From assembly GCA_030603385.1 (NCBI GenBank), contig JAUVXW010000001.1, forward strand, positions 249,785 to 313,784: 64,000 bases of DNA. Direction: 5' to 3'. The stretch is from Promethearchaeota archaeon. Its GTDB lineage: Archaea; Asgardarchaeota; Lokiarchaeia; Sigyniarchaeales; SOKP01. A program made the translations under genes and the position numbers. The notes under the pieces were generated by a model that ran no database searches, had not been told where the DNA came from, and saw nothing but the letters and a program-made list of their open reading frames with translations. Positions within the stretch are counted from its first letter, which is position 1, and the number at the start of each line of letters is the position of its first letter. Positions 1-9,926 of this stretch are shown one piece after another.

Positions 1-1671
1 GGTACGAAAGATTTAACCATAAAAAGTGTTGAAGTAAATGGAATTGAATATGATTTTGTAATGCGTGAAAGTGGTGATCCTACTATAGTCGAAAGTGGTG
101 ATTCAGAAATGGTTTGGGTAGACATTAAATCGAAGGGTACAACTTTTCAGGAAGATGATGTTGTACATATTAATGTAACTGCAGAATCTGTAGCATTACA
201 AGGAAAAAAATATGAATTTTCGAATGTTACGAAAAATTTCTTTGTAAAAGAACCGGAACAAGGCGCTATTAGAATTAATAAGGAAAACAGTAAAGTAATC
301 CAAAAAGATTCTTCAACAACTGACATATATCTTGAAGTAGAAAACATTGGAGATACAATTGAAGTCTTGGAAAGGTTCTATCTCAATACCGATACTGTAG
401 AAAATAGAATTAATCCTAATAACATTGATTATCTAAGTGGTTCATCTATTTTAAAACCAGGAGAAAAAGTAGATGTATATATAAATGATGTTTTTACTGA
501 CTTTTACCCTATTAGGAATTATAATAAGATTGGAGTTGCCAGTCCTAATAATGTAAGTGATGAGGTGTTATTTACTTCAACTATGGAAAATTATTCTATC
601 TCTATCTTAAGTAAAGAGAGAATAATCTCCCCCGAAGCTTTAGCAGCAATTAATAGTAATGATAGAAAACATATTCCTATTAATTTCAATTTGTCTCATG
701 GCTTTACTTATGAAAATGGAAGTACAATACTTAAAATTAATGTGAAGAATACTGGAGATATTATATTTGGGATAGATTCAATTTATTTAACAGAATCTTT
801 GATTGAAGTTGATTTTGCTGATTTCTATACAGAAAGTGGAAGTCTACTTTTGGATAAAGACGATGAGGATTTTATAATTATTGAAGCAACTGACTATGGG
901 GATTTTGAAATCAATGATGAGATTTTAGTTTGCATCACTGGAAGCTTCGGGACAACAGTGACTTCAGATATAGGCTATATTCATACAATAAAAGATGAAC
1001 CAGATATTCAAATAATTGAAAATATCGATAATACAATGACATCCTATATTTATGCAAATGAAACGGGGAAATTAGTAATTAAGAACACTGGAGATGAAAC
1101 AGTAACAATTGATAAAATATATGTAAATTCCTCTTTAACTAGTAATGTTACATATCTCTATGGAAATCCTTCTTTAGATGTTCAAGAATGTGCAATAATA
1201 TCATTCGATATTCCGAACTTGATGATAAATAAATCAAATGAGATGATTGTAAATGTTACAACAGCAATTCCATCAGTATATACTAATACAACATTAAATG
1301 CTTATGTGGATCCCGTATATTATGATATAACAATTGATGATGATGGCACTTCTATAGAAAGTTCTTTTAACATGACTTTATTATTTACTAACACTGGAGA
1401 GTTCAATGTTACAATTGAGTCTGTTTATGTAAATGATACTTATATACCATTATCTCAACTTTATGCTTATTTTAATGATACTTGGGTACCATTAACTAGT
1501 AGTAATATAGAGGCTTTTGAAATTGGTGCTGGAAATTCAATGGAATTAACAATCAGTGTTAATGATCTCGAATTGATAACAGGACTAACGATTAATGTTG
1601 ATGATGAAATAGTAATCACTATACGAACAGAAGAAGGTGCGGAGATTATTCATGAAGAAATTGTTACATAA
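1..1671 (+). CDS. Secreted/surface protein with tandem Ig-like (archaeal pilin/CARDB-like) beta-sandwich repeats, 5'-partial
   Basis: Frame is open from base 1, upstream of the ORF-track start at 61. Recurring V/I-x-N-T-G-D...I-x-x-I-Y-V-N motif (ENIGD, KNTGD, KNTGD, TNTGE); acidic, with many N-x-S/T sequons. Confidence 0.55.
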   Translation, partial: GTKDLTIKSVEVNGIEYDFVMRESGDPTIVESGDSEMVWVDIKSKGTTFQEDDVVHINVTAESVALQGKKYEFSNVTKNFFVKEPEQGAIRINKENSKVIQKDSSTTDIYLEVENIGDTIEVLERFYLNTDTVENRINPNNIDYLSGSSILKPGEKVDVYINDVFTDFYPIRNYNKIGVASPNNVSDEVLFTSTMENYSISILSKERIISPEALAAINSNDRKHIPINFNLSHGFTYENGSTILKINVKNTGDIIFGIDSIYLTESLIEVDFADFYTESGSLLLDKDDEDFIIIEATDYGDFEINDEILVCITGSFGTTVTSDIGYIHTIKDEPDIQIIENIDNTMTSYIYANETGKLVIKNTGDETVTIDKIYVNSSLTSNVTYLYGNPSLDVQECAIISFDIPNLMINKSNEMIVNVTTAIPSVYTNTTLNAYVDPVYYDITIDDDGTSIESSFNMTLLFTNTGEFNVTIESVYVNDTYIPLSQLYAYFNDTWVPLTSSNIEAFEIGAGNSMELTISVNDLELITGLTINVDDEIVITIRTEEGAEIIHEEIVT

Positions 1672-1825
1672 GAGACACCGCGGATATACTTCAATTTTTT
1701 TTTTACTGCTTTTTTTTTAGAAAAAATCAAAAGATATTATTCATTAGAATATCTATAGACTTATCTTTTATATATTATATTTTGTATAAATTAAAAATTA
1801 ATTAAACATAATAAGTAAAAGTTAT

Positions 1826-3862
1826 ATGATTATGGACTTTCAATTACAAACTGATTTTGAACCTGCTGGTGATCAACCCTTAGCTATTCAAACTCTAACC
1901 AAGAATATTAAAAATGGTAAAAGGTTTCAAACCTTATTAGGTGCCACTGGGACAGGAAAAACTTTTACAATTGCTCAAATAATACAAGAAGTTCAGAAAC
2001 CAACATTAGTAATGTCTCCTAATAAAACATTATGTGCTCAATTGTATAATGAGTTTAAAGAACTCTTTCCTGAAAATGCCGTTCACTACTTCGTTTCTTA
2101 CTATGATTATTATCAGCCAGAAAGAATATTTCATTAAGAAATATCTCTGGAAGCATATATGCCTGTTTCAGGGATGTTTATAGAAAAAGACTTCAGTGTG
2201 AACGAAGAAATAGAAAGATTACGATTGGCTGCCACTCACGCTATCAGAACAAGAAAAGATGTTATAATAGTTGCTTCTGTTTCTTGTCTTTATGGAATTG
2301 GGAACCCGGAGGTTTGGACAGCAGTTTCTCTCAGTTTAGAAACAGGGCAAGCTATTAACCGAGGGGAAATGTTGAAAAGACTTATTAGTATTAATTATGA
2401 AAGAAATAATATCGATTTTAAACCAGGTATAGTAAGGGTAAGAGGAGACATTATAGATATTTGGCCAGCATATTTAATTAATGCTATACGAATTTCACTT
2501 TTTGGGGATGAGATTGAATCAATTCAAGAGATACATCCAATTTCAAGTGAAGTATTAAATGATTTACCTAATTGCCGAATTTTCCCTGCTACTCATTTTA
2601 TAATTCCAGAAGAGAATAAAGTTAAAGCTCTTGAATCAATAAAGATTGAATTGAAAGATCAACTTGATAAATTTAGGAAAGCGAAAAAGTATGCCGAGGC
2701 ACAGCTATTAGAAAGACGCATTAAATTTGATCTGGAAATGTTAAGAGAAATGGGTTGGTGTAAAGGTATAGAAAATTATTCTAGGCATTTAGATAGAAGA
2801 GCTCCTGGTTCTCCTCCCATGACATTAATCGACTACTTCCCAGAAGATTTTCTTATTGTAGTTGATGAATCTCATGTTTCAATTCCTCAAATTCACGGGC
2901 AAATAGGTGGAGATAGATCTCGTAAAAAAAATCTTGTGGATTATGGTTGGCGTTTACCAAGTGCCTATGATAATAGGCCCCTTACTTTTGATGAATGGGA
3001 AGATAAAATTAAATACTCAATCTTCATGAGTGCTACACCCGGAGATTATGAATTAAAGAAAAGCGGGGAAATTTCAGCAGAACAAATAATTAGACCTACT
3101 GGTCTCGTAGATCCTCAAGTTGAGGTAAGACCTGCGAAGAATCAAATTGATGATTTGTTAGGAGAAATTAGAAAAGTCGTAGACAATAATGGTAGAGTTT
3201 TAGTTACTACACTTACAAAGAGAATGGCTGAAGATATTGCGGATTATTATTCCGAGTTGGGGGTTAAGATAGAGTATTTACACTCAGAGGTAGATACTGT
3301 AGAAAGATTTGAGATTTTAAGGCAATTAAGATATGGAACTCATGATGTCATAGTTGGGATAAATCTATTGAGAGAGGGATTAGATCTACCTGAAGTTAAA
3401 TTAGTTGCGATTTTAGATGCTGATAAACTTGGATTTCTACGCGATAAAAGGTCTTTAATTCAAACAATTGGAAGAGCTTCTAGAAACGTAGAAGGGAGAG
3501 CAATTTTATATGGGGATAGAATGTCTGAAGCGATGAAAACGGCAATAGACGAGACCAATAGGAGGAGGAATATACAGATTGCGTACAATGAGAAAAATAA
3601 TATTACACCCCAAACAATTAAGAAAAATATTTTAAAATCTTTATCTGAGGAAAAAGAATATAAAGAAAGAGAAGTGAAAAGATTAAAGCAAAGCGTTAAA
3701 GCGAAAATAGAAAGATTACAAGAGGAAGGGGATATTGAGATTGTGATTGAATATCTTGAAAATAAGATGTATATGGCTGCTAAGGAACTTCGATTTGAAG
3801 ACGCAGCATATTTGCGTGATAAAATTAAGGAGATAAAAAAGGCTTATAAAAAAACATCATGA
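1826..3862 (+). CDS. uvrB: Excinuclease ABC subunit B, interrupted by a 30-nt candidate BHB intron (exon 1 1826-2122, exon 2 2153-3862; 668 aa when joined)
   Basis: PAGDQP, Walker [20 protein letters not shown]|AYMP...IEKD beta-hairpin, [27 protein letters not shown]-terminal UVR domain. ORFs 1826-2137 and 2159-3862 are in the same frame, separated by one TAA inside the insert. Confidence 0.95.
2123..2152 (+). other. Candidate bulge-helix-bulge (tRNA-endonuclease-type) intron in uvrB mRNA
   Basis: CCAG (2117-2120) pairs with CTGG (2147-2150), flanked by 3-nt bulges AAA (2121-2123) and AAG (2151-2153). Inner hairpin ATATTTC/GAAATAT has the loop ATTAA, which holds the stop. Cutting after the 2nd nt of each bulge gives CCA GAA|GCA TAT = P-E-A-Y. 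Confidence 0.8.
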
Positions 3863-3903
3863 AATTTATCTTTTAATATTAACTGATTAAATTAGGAATC
3901 ATT

Positions 3904-3972
3904 ATGAGCGAGAATTCGATTATTATCAAAGGAGCTAGACAAAATAATCTCAAAAATATTAATGTCATTTAA
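3904..3972 (+). pseudogene. uvrA: 5' stub of a uvrA gene (22 codons)
   Basis: Translates MSENSIIIKGARQNNLKNINVI*, matching the N-terminus of the intact UvrA at 24485 (MPDYIVIKGARQNNLKNIDV); lies 41 nt after the uvrB stop. Confidence 0.8.
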
Positions 3973-4068
3973 ACTCTCTTAGTCTTTTATAGTTGAAAAA
4001 GCTATATATAAAAATAATCTATATATATCTATTGAATAATATATTCAAATTAAAAAAAGGAGAAAAAA

Positions 4069-4830
4069 ATGGTAAGTGATGTTTTAATTTATGAAGTTAA
4101 AGATCAAATAGCATACATTACATTAAACAACCCAAAGCGAAATCTACTAGACCCTCCTTTATGCAAAGCTTTGGGAGAAGCATGGGAGCATTTTGCGGAT
4201 GACCCCGAAAGCAGAGTAGCAATTCTCAGTGCAAATGGTCCGGACTTTAGTTTTGGCGCAGATCTTAGACACAAGGGCTTATTAAAAGATCTTCGTAAAG
4301 CATTTCCCCCGAATGGTACCAAAATCCTGAAACCCATCATCGGAGCTGTCCATGGAACTGTTGCTGGAAGTGGATACGGAATTGTAATTCGCGGTACAGA
4401 TATAACCTATGCTACAGAAGATACACAGTTTATCTTTGGAGAAGCCTGGGTCGGAATAGTTGGTGGAATTTTGGAATATTCACCTTACATGCCCTTTAAG
4501 ATAGCTATGGAATTTTATATGGGAGGGCAACCAATGAGTGGTAAACGGGCTTATGAAGTGGGGTTAGTCAACCATGTAACAAAAAATAGACAAGAACTCA
4601 TGGAAGAAGCTACCAAAATGGCTGAAATACTACGTGACAATGCGCCATTAACATTAAAAGCGATTAAATACGGGCACTACAAGAATATGGAGCCTGCAGC
4701 AAGAAAAGCGACGCGTTTAGCGCAGGAGGAATTTAATGCGTTTATTCAACCTCAATTAGATAGCGAAGACCTGCAGGAAGGTATCGCAGCGCTTAAAGAA
4801 AATAGAAAGCCAATATTTAAAGGACGCTAA
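4069..4830 (+). CDS. Enoyl-CoA hydratase/isomerase (crotonase) family protein
   Basis: AYITLNNP, FSFGADL, KPIIGAVHG, AYEVGLVN, C-terminal EGIAALKENRKPIFKGR; AGGAGA RBS-like site upstream. Confidence 0.9.
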   Translation: MVSDVLIYEVKDQIAYITLNNPKRNLLDPPLCKALGEAWEHFADDPESRVAILSANGPDFSFGADLRHKGLLKDLRKAFPPNGTKILKPIIGAVHGTVAGSGYGIVIRGTDITYATEDTQFIFGEAWVGIVGGILEYSPYMPFKIAMEFYMGGQPMSGKRAYEVGLVNHVTKNRQELMEEATKMAEILRDNAPLTLKAIKYGHYKNMEPAARKATRLAQEEFNAFIQPQLDSEDLQEGIAALKENRKPIFKGR

Positions 4831-5090
4831 CAACTTGGATCGGTATTTTTTCTCGAGACAAGAAATAAAAGAACTATTAAGAAGATCGGTAAGAATTGGC
4901 ACTGATTTATTATTAGTTCTCTTACTATTTTATTTTTGAAACTACTTTCATTTTGAATCTGGATGAACATGTATATACCCTAATAGTTATTCTTATTAAC
5001 AAACGTATCTATAAGAAAAAAAAATGTTTATTGGATATCTTAGCGTTTGTTTTAATTTAAAAAAACCTAAGAATTTAACTTAAAAAAAAA

Positions 5091-6200
5091 TTAAATTAAA
5101 CTAAAAAGATCTATGCTTATTCCTTTAGGGTATTCGTCTCTTTCTTTGACCATTTTAATTGCGTTATTAGGACAATTCACAGCACAGATTCCACATCCTA
5201 TACACACTTCTTCTCTGACTTTCATTTTTTCGTCTGATAAATCCGGTTTATTTGGCCAAATATGATAAATTGCTTCATTTGGGCATTTTTTCATACATGT
5301 TTCACATTTTGTACAGAGTTCCATATCAAATTCAGGAGTAAAATTGGTTTGATTTACACCCTTATAATGATGTAATTTTGCGGGGAAAAGTACTCCACAA
5401 TGGCAACTGCAACAATTACAAATCCACCTTGAGGTGTCCTTACTGGTATCCGCAACAGTATTATGAACAAGTCCCGCTTTCTCAGTATCTCTAATAAAGT
5501 CAATGGCTTCTTCCTTAGTTAATCTTTTTGCCCCTTGAGCGATCTGTCTTTCGGCTGCTTCTCCAGTTAAAAAACAACCCATTTCAGCAGGTGCTAGTTC
5601 ACAGGGCTCACCCGTATATTCACCAATTAACCGACATTGACAAGGAATGACAGCAAAAGATTTATTTTTATCGATCATATCTTTAACTACCTCAAAAGGA
5701 AGTACTTGAGTTTGAACATCTAAAGATTTATTAACTTTAATTAACTTCTCCTCAGAGTCATATGGAAGCAAAGGACGGAATCCTCTTCTGATATTATCAA
5801 CTTCTTCTAAATCTGGTGTCCTATTCTTAAAAATGTATCGGTAAATCTCCGCAACTTTGTGAAGATTTTCTTGGGAATCCTTACGTCTTATGAAATACAT
5901 TTCAAATATACCCGGTACAAGAGGTATTAATCTATAATCTGAACCAGATTTTAAAATAGTACCATTTCTTGCCGATCTTCTTAATATTTCTTCTATTTCT
6001 TCTTCTGAAATACCTGATTTTTCCGCTAATTCTTTTCGTGAGATTTTTATACCAACATTATTAAATTGAGACAGAATTTTAATCTCATCTTCGTCCCAGA
6101 AAATTTTCATTAGTTTGTATACTTTTTTGTGTTTAGGAGCAGTTATTCTTCCAATTTGTAGTTTTTGTCTTACAATTTCATAATAGTCAACTTCAGTCAT
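5091..6200 (-). CDS. 4Fe-4S ferredoxin-domain protein with N-terminal HTH-like region
   Basis: CQCR, ICNCCSCHC and two CxxCxxCxxxCP motifs (CTKCETCMKKCP, CIGCGICAVNCP). Confidence 0.8.
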   Translation of the reverse strand: MTEVDYYEIVRQKLQIGRITAPKHKKVYKLMKIFWDEDEIKILSQFNNVGIKISRKELAEKSGISEEEIEEILRRSARNGTILKSGSDYRLIPLVPGIFEMYFIRRKDSQENLHKVAEIYRYIFKNRTPDLEEVDNIRRGFRPLLPYDSEEKLIKVNKSLDVQTQVLPFEVVKDMIDKNKSFAVIPCQCRLIGEYTGEPCELAPAEMGCFLTGEAAERQIAQGAKRLTKEEAIDFIRDTEKAGLVHNTVADTSKDTSRWICNCCSCHCGVLFPAKLHHYKGVNQTNFTPEFDMELCTKCETCMKKCPNEAIYHIWPNKPDLSDEKMKVREEVCIGCGICAVNCPNNAIKMVKERDEYPKGISIDLFSLI

Positions 6201-6416
6201 AAAATAATTGAGGTTTGTATATATTATAAATTTTTCATATTAACATGAAACTTAATTTTTAAGATTTCAAAATCTGTTTTAAGGAAAAAGCATGAGTTTT
6301 GCATACGAATTTTTCTTATCTTTCTATTGTTTTTATCCTTTTTAAGCTTCCTAGAGTTTATTAAAGCTTAATAAATACCATTTATCAGGAAACTTAAGAT
6401 TATAGGTTTATAAAGG

Positions 6417-6432
6417 AAAAAAAAAAAAAAAA
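6417..6432 (-). terminator. Oligo-T tract (16 T on minus strand), probable archaeal terminator of the SBP gene
   Basis: A16 run on the + strand about 26 nt past the stop codon of 6459-8630(-). Confidence 0.5.
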
Positions 6433-6458
6433 ATTAATTTTGAATTTATTATAAATTC

Positions 6459-8630
6459 TTACTTCAACATATGTTTCTTTTTTCTTATAATAGTGTATCC
6501 GATTCCGAGAATAGCTATTAATGCAGCAGGTAAAACAATACTAACTGAATAACCTGGGATCAATGCTTTTTCACGCTCACTTGGTGCGTATTTAATCAAT
6601 TCATAATGCATGAAACCCCAATACCAGCTATAATCCCAATTTTTATCGACGGCATGCCCAATCAGATCATTTGCTAGATAAATCTGTGGATATTGATAGT
6701 TTTGAGCCCAATCACATAGTTTATTATATGAATCCTGTCTTGCAGTACTGGTTTGAAACCACATTTGGGCTATTAATTCATCACAAGTTGTATTATAGTT
6801 AAAGCCCATATTCATAAATCCAGTGTATGGAAAAAATTGATTGTCAGCCAAGTTATTACCTTTATAATAGGCTTGAATGTAAGCAAGAACGTTTACTCGG
6901 GTATAATACCATTTTATTGCAAATCCATCACATGTAAACCAAGGAAATGACCAAGAACCACCGGTCATTGAAGTATAAGTATCAGGATCATTTTTGGTAA
7001 GCGTTATACCACATCCAATATCCCTAAGACTGGTTGTCATCAAATTTTTAGTTTCTAAATGAGCGTCATCGTAACTATAATCCATTTTATAAATAGGGTT
7101 GTTATCTGCTATATAATTCCATTCTGGTGTCGAATTAGAAAGATCTAGGTTTCTATCAGCACATATTGGTCCCCAAAATAGATCATCGAGAAGGGCTTGG
7201 CGTGCTATGTCGAGATCATGATAAGCAAGCGGTATGGAGCTATTATAATATACATTGTTTTTTGGAAGCAATCCTCCACCACGCTCTACACGATCATCAA
7301 AAGCAACGGTTACGTATGTATCATAATCAAATGCATAAGAAATCGCTTTCCTAAACGCACGATTCACTCCCTGTGCGTTTATCGTGCCATCTGGATTCAT
7401 TATTCCTGAAATCTTGAATGGCCACTGGAGACCTGGGTAAATGCTAGTCATAGGGATGTTAAAATCATCAAAATACGTTTTCATAAATGTTTCGTTGATG
7501 CAATTTAAAATGACGTTTTCTCCATAATTTTCAAGACCCATAGGTATATATCTTATATCAGGGGCAGTAATCATATCCTCATAATTAAGAGGTTCCCATG
7601 CACGGTCATAAGCCCAGTCAATTTCTCCAGCAACTATAGCAGTACTTCTTGCTTGATATCCATCTTCGCTGTGGGCAAATGTAGCTAGTGCAACATATGG
7701 AATCATATGCCAACCCTCAGCTTGTGAATCAGTAGCGTTCCACCAATCATCAAATCTAGTCATTGTACCAATACCACTTCCAAGGTTATGACCTACAAAC
7801 TCATACGGACCTGTACCTATCAGATGTCCAGTTTCGTATCCCTCCATTATAGTATCTTCATTGGCTTTATACGCCTCCATTGAGATCATCCGTAATCCTA
7901 CAGCTCCGCTGAGATAACCTGGGCCAGTACGCCAATCATTAAAAGAAATGTTTACCTTTCCTCCCGATTGTATATTATCTGTGATTGTCACACCTGCAAT
8001 CCGGGGAAAGCGGCTAACATAATCTCCAGAAGCCCCAAATTCTGCATAAGTTGATGGCACTCCAGAAAACTGCGTAACATTCCAACCGTCTGTTTCATAA
8101 TCTGCCCAATCATCTACTTTTAACCACCAAGTTGTTCTCACACTAATTAAACTTTGTGGAATAGACGATGGGAGAATACCACTGATATTTCCTGTAATTC
8201 TCATAACTCTATCAATATTCCATTTACATACTGTAGCATTCCAATCTGAGCCGTCATGGAATTTAACATCTGGTCGAAGGGTTATCTCCATTGACTTTAT
8301 TCCCGCATAACTCATAAAACCAGCCATATTCATTTCATCTGGTCTATCTTCAAATTCCCAGCTTGTTGCAAGTACTGGGTCAAATTCGCTATAGTCACCA
8401 TTCCAACCATCTCGAGGTGAAAATAACGCTTCAATAGCGCTAAACATATAATAATCACCAGTACTGGTCACAAAACAAGTTGGGTCCCAATTGGCTATGG
8501 GTCGTGCTCCACAAGCACCCACAACAAAAATAGGTATCTCATCCTGAGCGTTTACTGTTCTAGGTATGAATGGGAGTAACATAGAAGTAAGACAAAGAGT
8601 TAATATTAATCCTTTTGAATACTTTCTCAT
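6459..8630 (-). CDS. ABC transporter substrate-binding protein (Opp/Dpp family 5) with C-terminal IPGY-TM-basic sorting tail
   Basis: Signal peptide; LATSW, LRPDVKFHDGS, IGTGPY, FRKAISYAFD family-5 motifs; tail IPGY + hydrophobic helix + RKKK. Confidence 0.9.
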   Translation of the reverse strand: MRKYSKGLILTLCLTSMLLPFIPRTVNAQDEIPIFVVGACGARPIANWDPTCFVTSTGDYYMFSAIEALFSPRDGWNGDYSEFDPVLATSWEFEDRPDEMNMAGFMSYAGIKSMEITLRPDVKFHDGSDWNATVCKWNIDRVMRITGNISGILPSSIPQSLISVRTTWWLKVDDWADYETDGWNVTQFSGVPSTYAEFGASGDYVSRFPRIAGVTITDNIQSGGKVNISFNDWRTGPGYLSGAVGLRMISMEAYKANEDTIMEGYETGHLIGTGPYEFVGHNLGSGIGTMTRFDDWWNATDSQAEGWHMIPYVALATFAHSEDGYQARSTAIVAGEIDWAYDRAWEPLNYEDMITAPDIRYIPMGLENYGENVILNCINETFMKTYFDDFNIPMTSIYPGLQWPFKISGIMNPDGTINAQGVNRAFRKAISYAFDYDTYVTVAFDDRVERGGGLLPKNNVYYNSSIPLAYHDLDIARQALLDDLFWGPICADRNLDLSNSTPEWNYIADNNPIYKMDYSYDDAHLETKNLMTTSLRDIGCGITLTKNDPDTYTSMTGGSWSFPWFTCDGFAIKWYYTRVNVLAYIQAYYKGNNLADNQFFPYTGFMNMGFNYNTTCDELIAQMWFQTSTARQDSYNKLCDWAQNYQYPQIYLANDLIGHAVDKNWDYSWYWGFMHYELIKYAPSEREKALIPGYSVSIVLPAALIAILGIGYTIIRKKKHMLK

Positions 8631-8686
8631 ATTATTAATTCGCCTTATATAATTATTTTATATATTTCGATTTTTTTGTTAAATTT

Positions 8687-8707
8687 TAAATTTACTAAGT
8701 AAATTTA
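8687..8707. promoter_or_regulatory. Palindromic operator TAAATTTAC-TAA-GTAAATTTA
   Basis: Perfect 9-bp inverted repeat in the divergent SBP/permease intergenic region, abutting a TTTAAATA TATA-like box on the minus strand. The same motif precedes both GRE genes. Confidence 0.65.
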
Positions 8708-8864
8708 TTTAAAGGTTATGATTATAATATATTTAAATATTTCTGAAAATGACCAACAAAATATAAAAAATTAAATCATAACGAAGCGAAAACTTTAAGA
8801 AAATTAAAAAATTTTTAATTTAATTCTATAGAGATGAGAAAAGACGGCTAGACAAAAAACAAAT

Positions 8865-9911
8865 ATGATAAAATATATCCTCAGACGGATATTAATGATG
8901 GTACCAATGCTTTTTCTTGTTCTAACTTTTGCCTGGATTTTGTCGCATGTGATGACTGTAAGCCCAGTTACCAATAAATTAAGTGGATTAGTCGAACCTG
9001 AATTCATCGAAGCAGAATTACAGAGAATTGGCTATTATGATCCCTGGTATATTCAACTTGGTGCCTATTATAAAAATTTTTTTACAGGAAATTGGGGTAA
9101 CTCTTACGTAATTCGAGATGGTGAACCTGTATTATCATTTGTTTTAGAAGTATTTCCAAGAACATTAGAATTAATGATAATTCCGATCGTAATAAGTCCT
9201 ATTATTGCAGTTAAGCTTGGATTATCATCCGCAACCCATAAGGACAAATCAAGAGATATTTCCATTAGAACTATTGCAATTTTTGGAGCTGGGTTTCCAG
9301 TGTTTTGGATTGCTACTTTGCTCCAGCTCTTCTTTGGTTATTATTTAGACATTTTTACATACGGAAAGTTAGATTTACCCATTATGTTCATTAATAAACC
9401 TGGATTATCAGCTCCTGTACCAGATGGTGCATTTAGCACAGGATTTCGTATTATTGATAGTTTCATCTATAATGATCAAATATTTCTTTGGGATACAATA
9501 GCACATTTATTTATTCCAGCTCTTTGTTTAACTTTTGTTTCATTGGCTTCTATTACAAGGCAAACCCGATCAAGTATGTTAGACGTTTTAGATCAAGATT
9601 ATATTAGAACTGCGCGGGCCAAAGGTGTTTTAGAAAAGGATGTTATAAATAAACATGCCCTTCGCAACGCTTTATTACCTACCAGTAATCTTATTATAGG
9701 AGGGACCGCAACGGCATTGTTAGGATCTTTTTTTATTGAAGTAACTTTTGCCTATAACGGTTTTGGATATTATATGGTGAATTCTATATTCGCAGGGGAT
9801 TATCTGGTTATTAACGGACTCTTAGTATTTGCAACTATCATACTTATTTCAGGAACATTAGTTGCAGATGTAATGTATACTATTATTGATCCTAGAATAA
9901 CATACAATTAA
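8865..9911 (+). CDS. dppB: Peptide/nickel ABC transporter permease (DppB/OppB-like)
   Basis: MIKYILRRI, PRTLEL, TRSSMLDVLDQDYIRTARAKG, HALRNALLP, IDPRI. Confidence 0.92.
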   Translation: MIKYILRRILMMVPMLFLVLTFAWILSHVMTVSPVTNKLSGLVEPEFIEAELQRIGYYDPWYIQLGAYYKNFFTGNWGNSYVIRDGEPVLSFVLEVFPRTLELMIIPIVISPIIAVKLGLSSATHKDKSRDISIRTIAIFGAGFPVFWIATLLQLFFGYYLDIFTYGKLDLPIMFINKPGLSAPVPDGAFSTGFRIIDSFIYNDQIFLWDTIAHLFIPALCLTFVSLASITRQTRSSMLDVLDQDYIRTARAKGVLEKDVINKHALRNALLPTSNLIIGGTATALLGSFFIEVTFAYNGFGYYMVNSIFAGDYLVINGLLVFATIILISGTLVADVMYTIIDPRITYN

Positions 9912-9926
9912 GATAAAATTGAGAGG

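Noticed and set aside
2135-2137. Stop-codon readthrough (Sec/Pyl) to join the uvrB halves
   Set aside because: The stop is TAA, not TGA or TAG, and readthrough would leave 10 extra residues in the conserved beta-hairpin; precise excision fits better.
1826-3862. uvrB as two genes, a frameshifted pseudogene, or intein-containing
   Set aside because: The halves are in the same frame with no other lesions, and the insert is only 30 nt with no intein motifs.
4032-4048. Inverted repeat TTGAATA-ATA-TATTCAA before the crotonase
   Set aside because: Single occurrence in very AT-rich DNA; could be an operator but cannot be told from chance.
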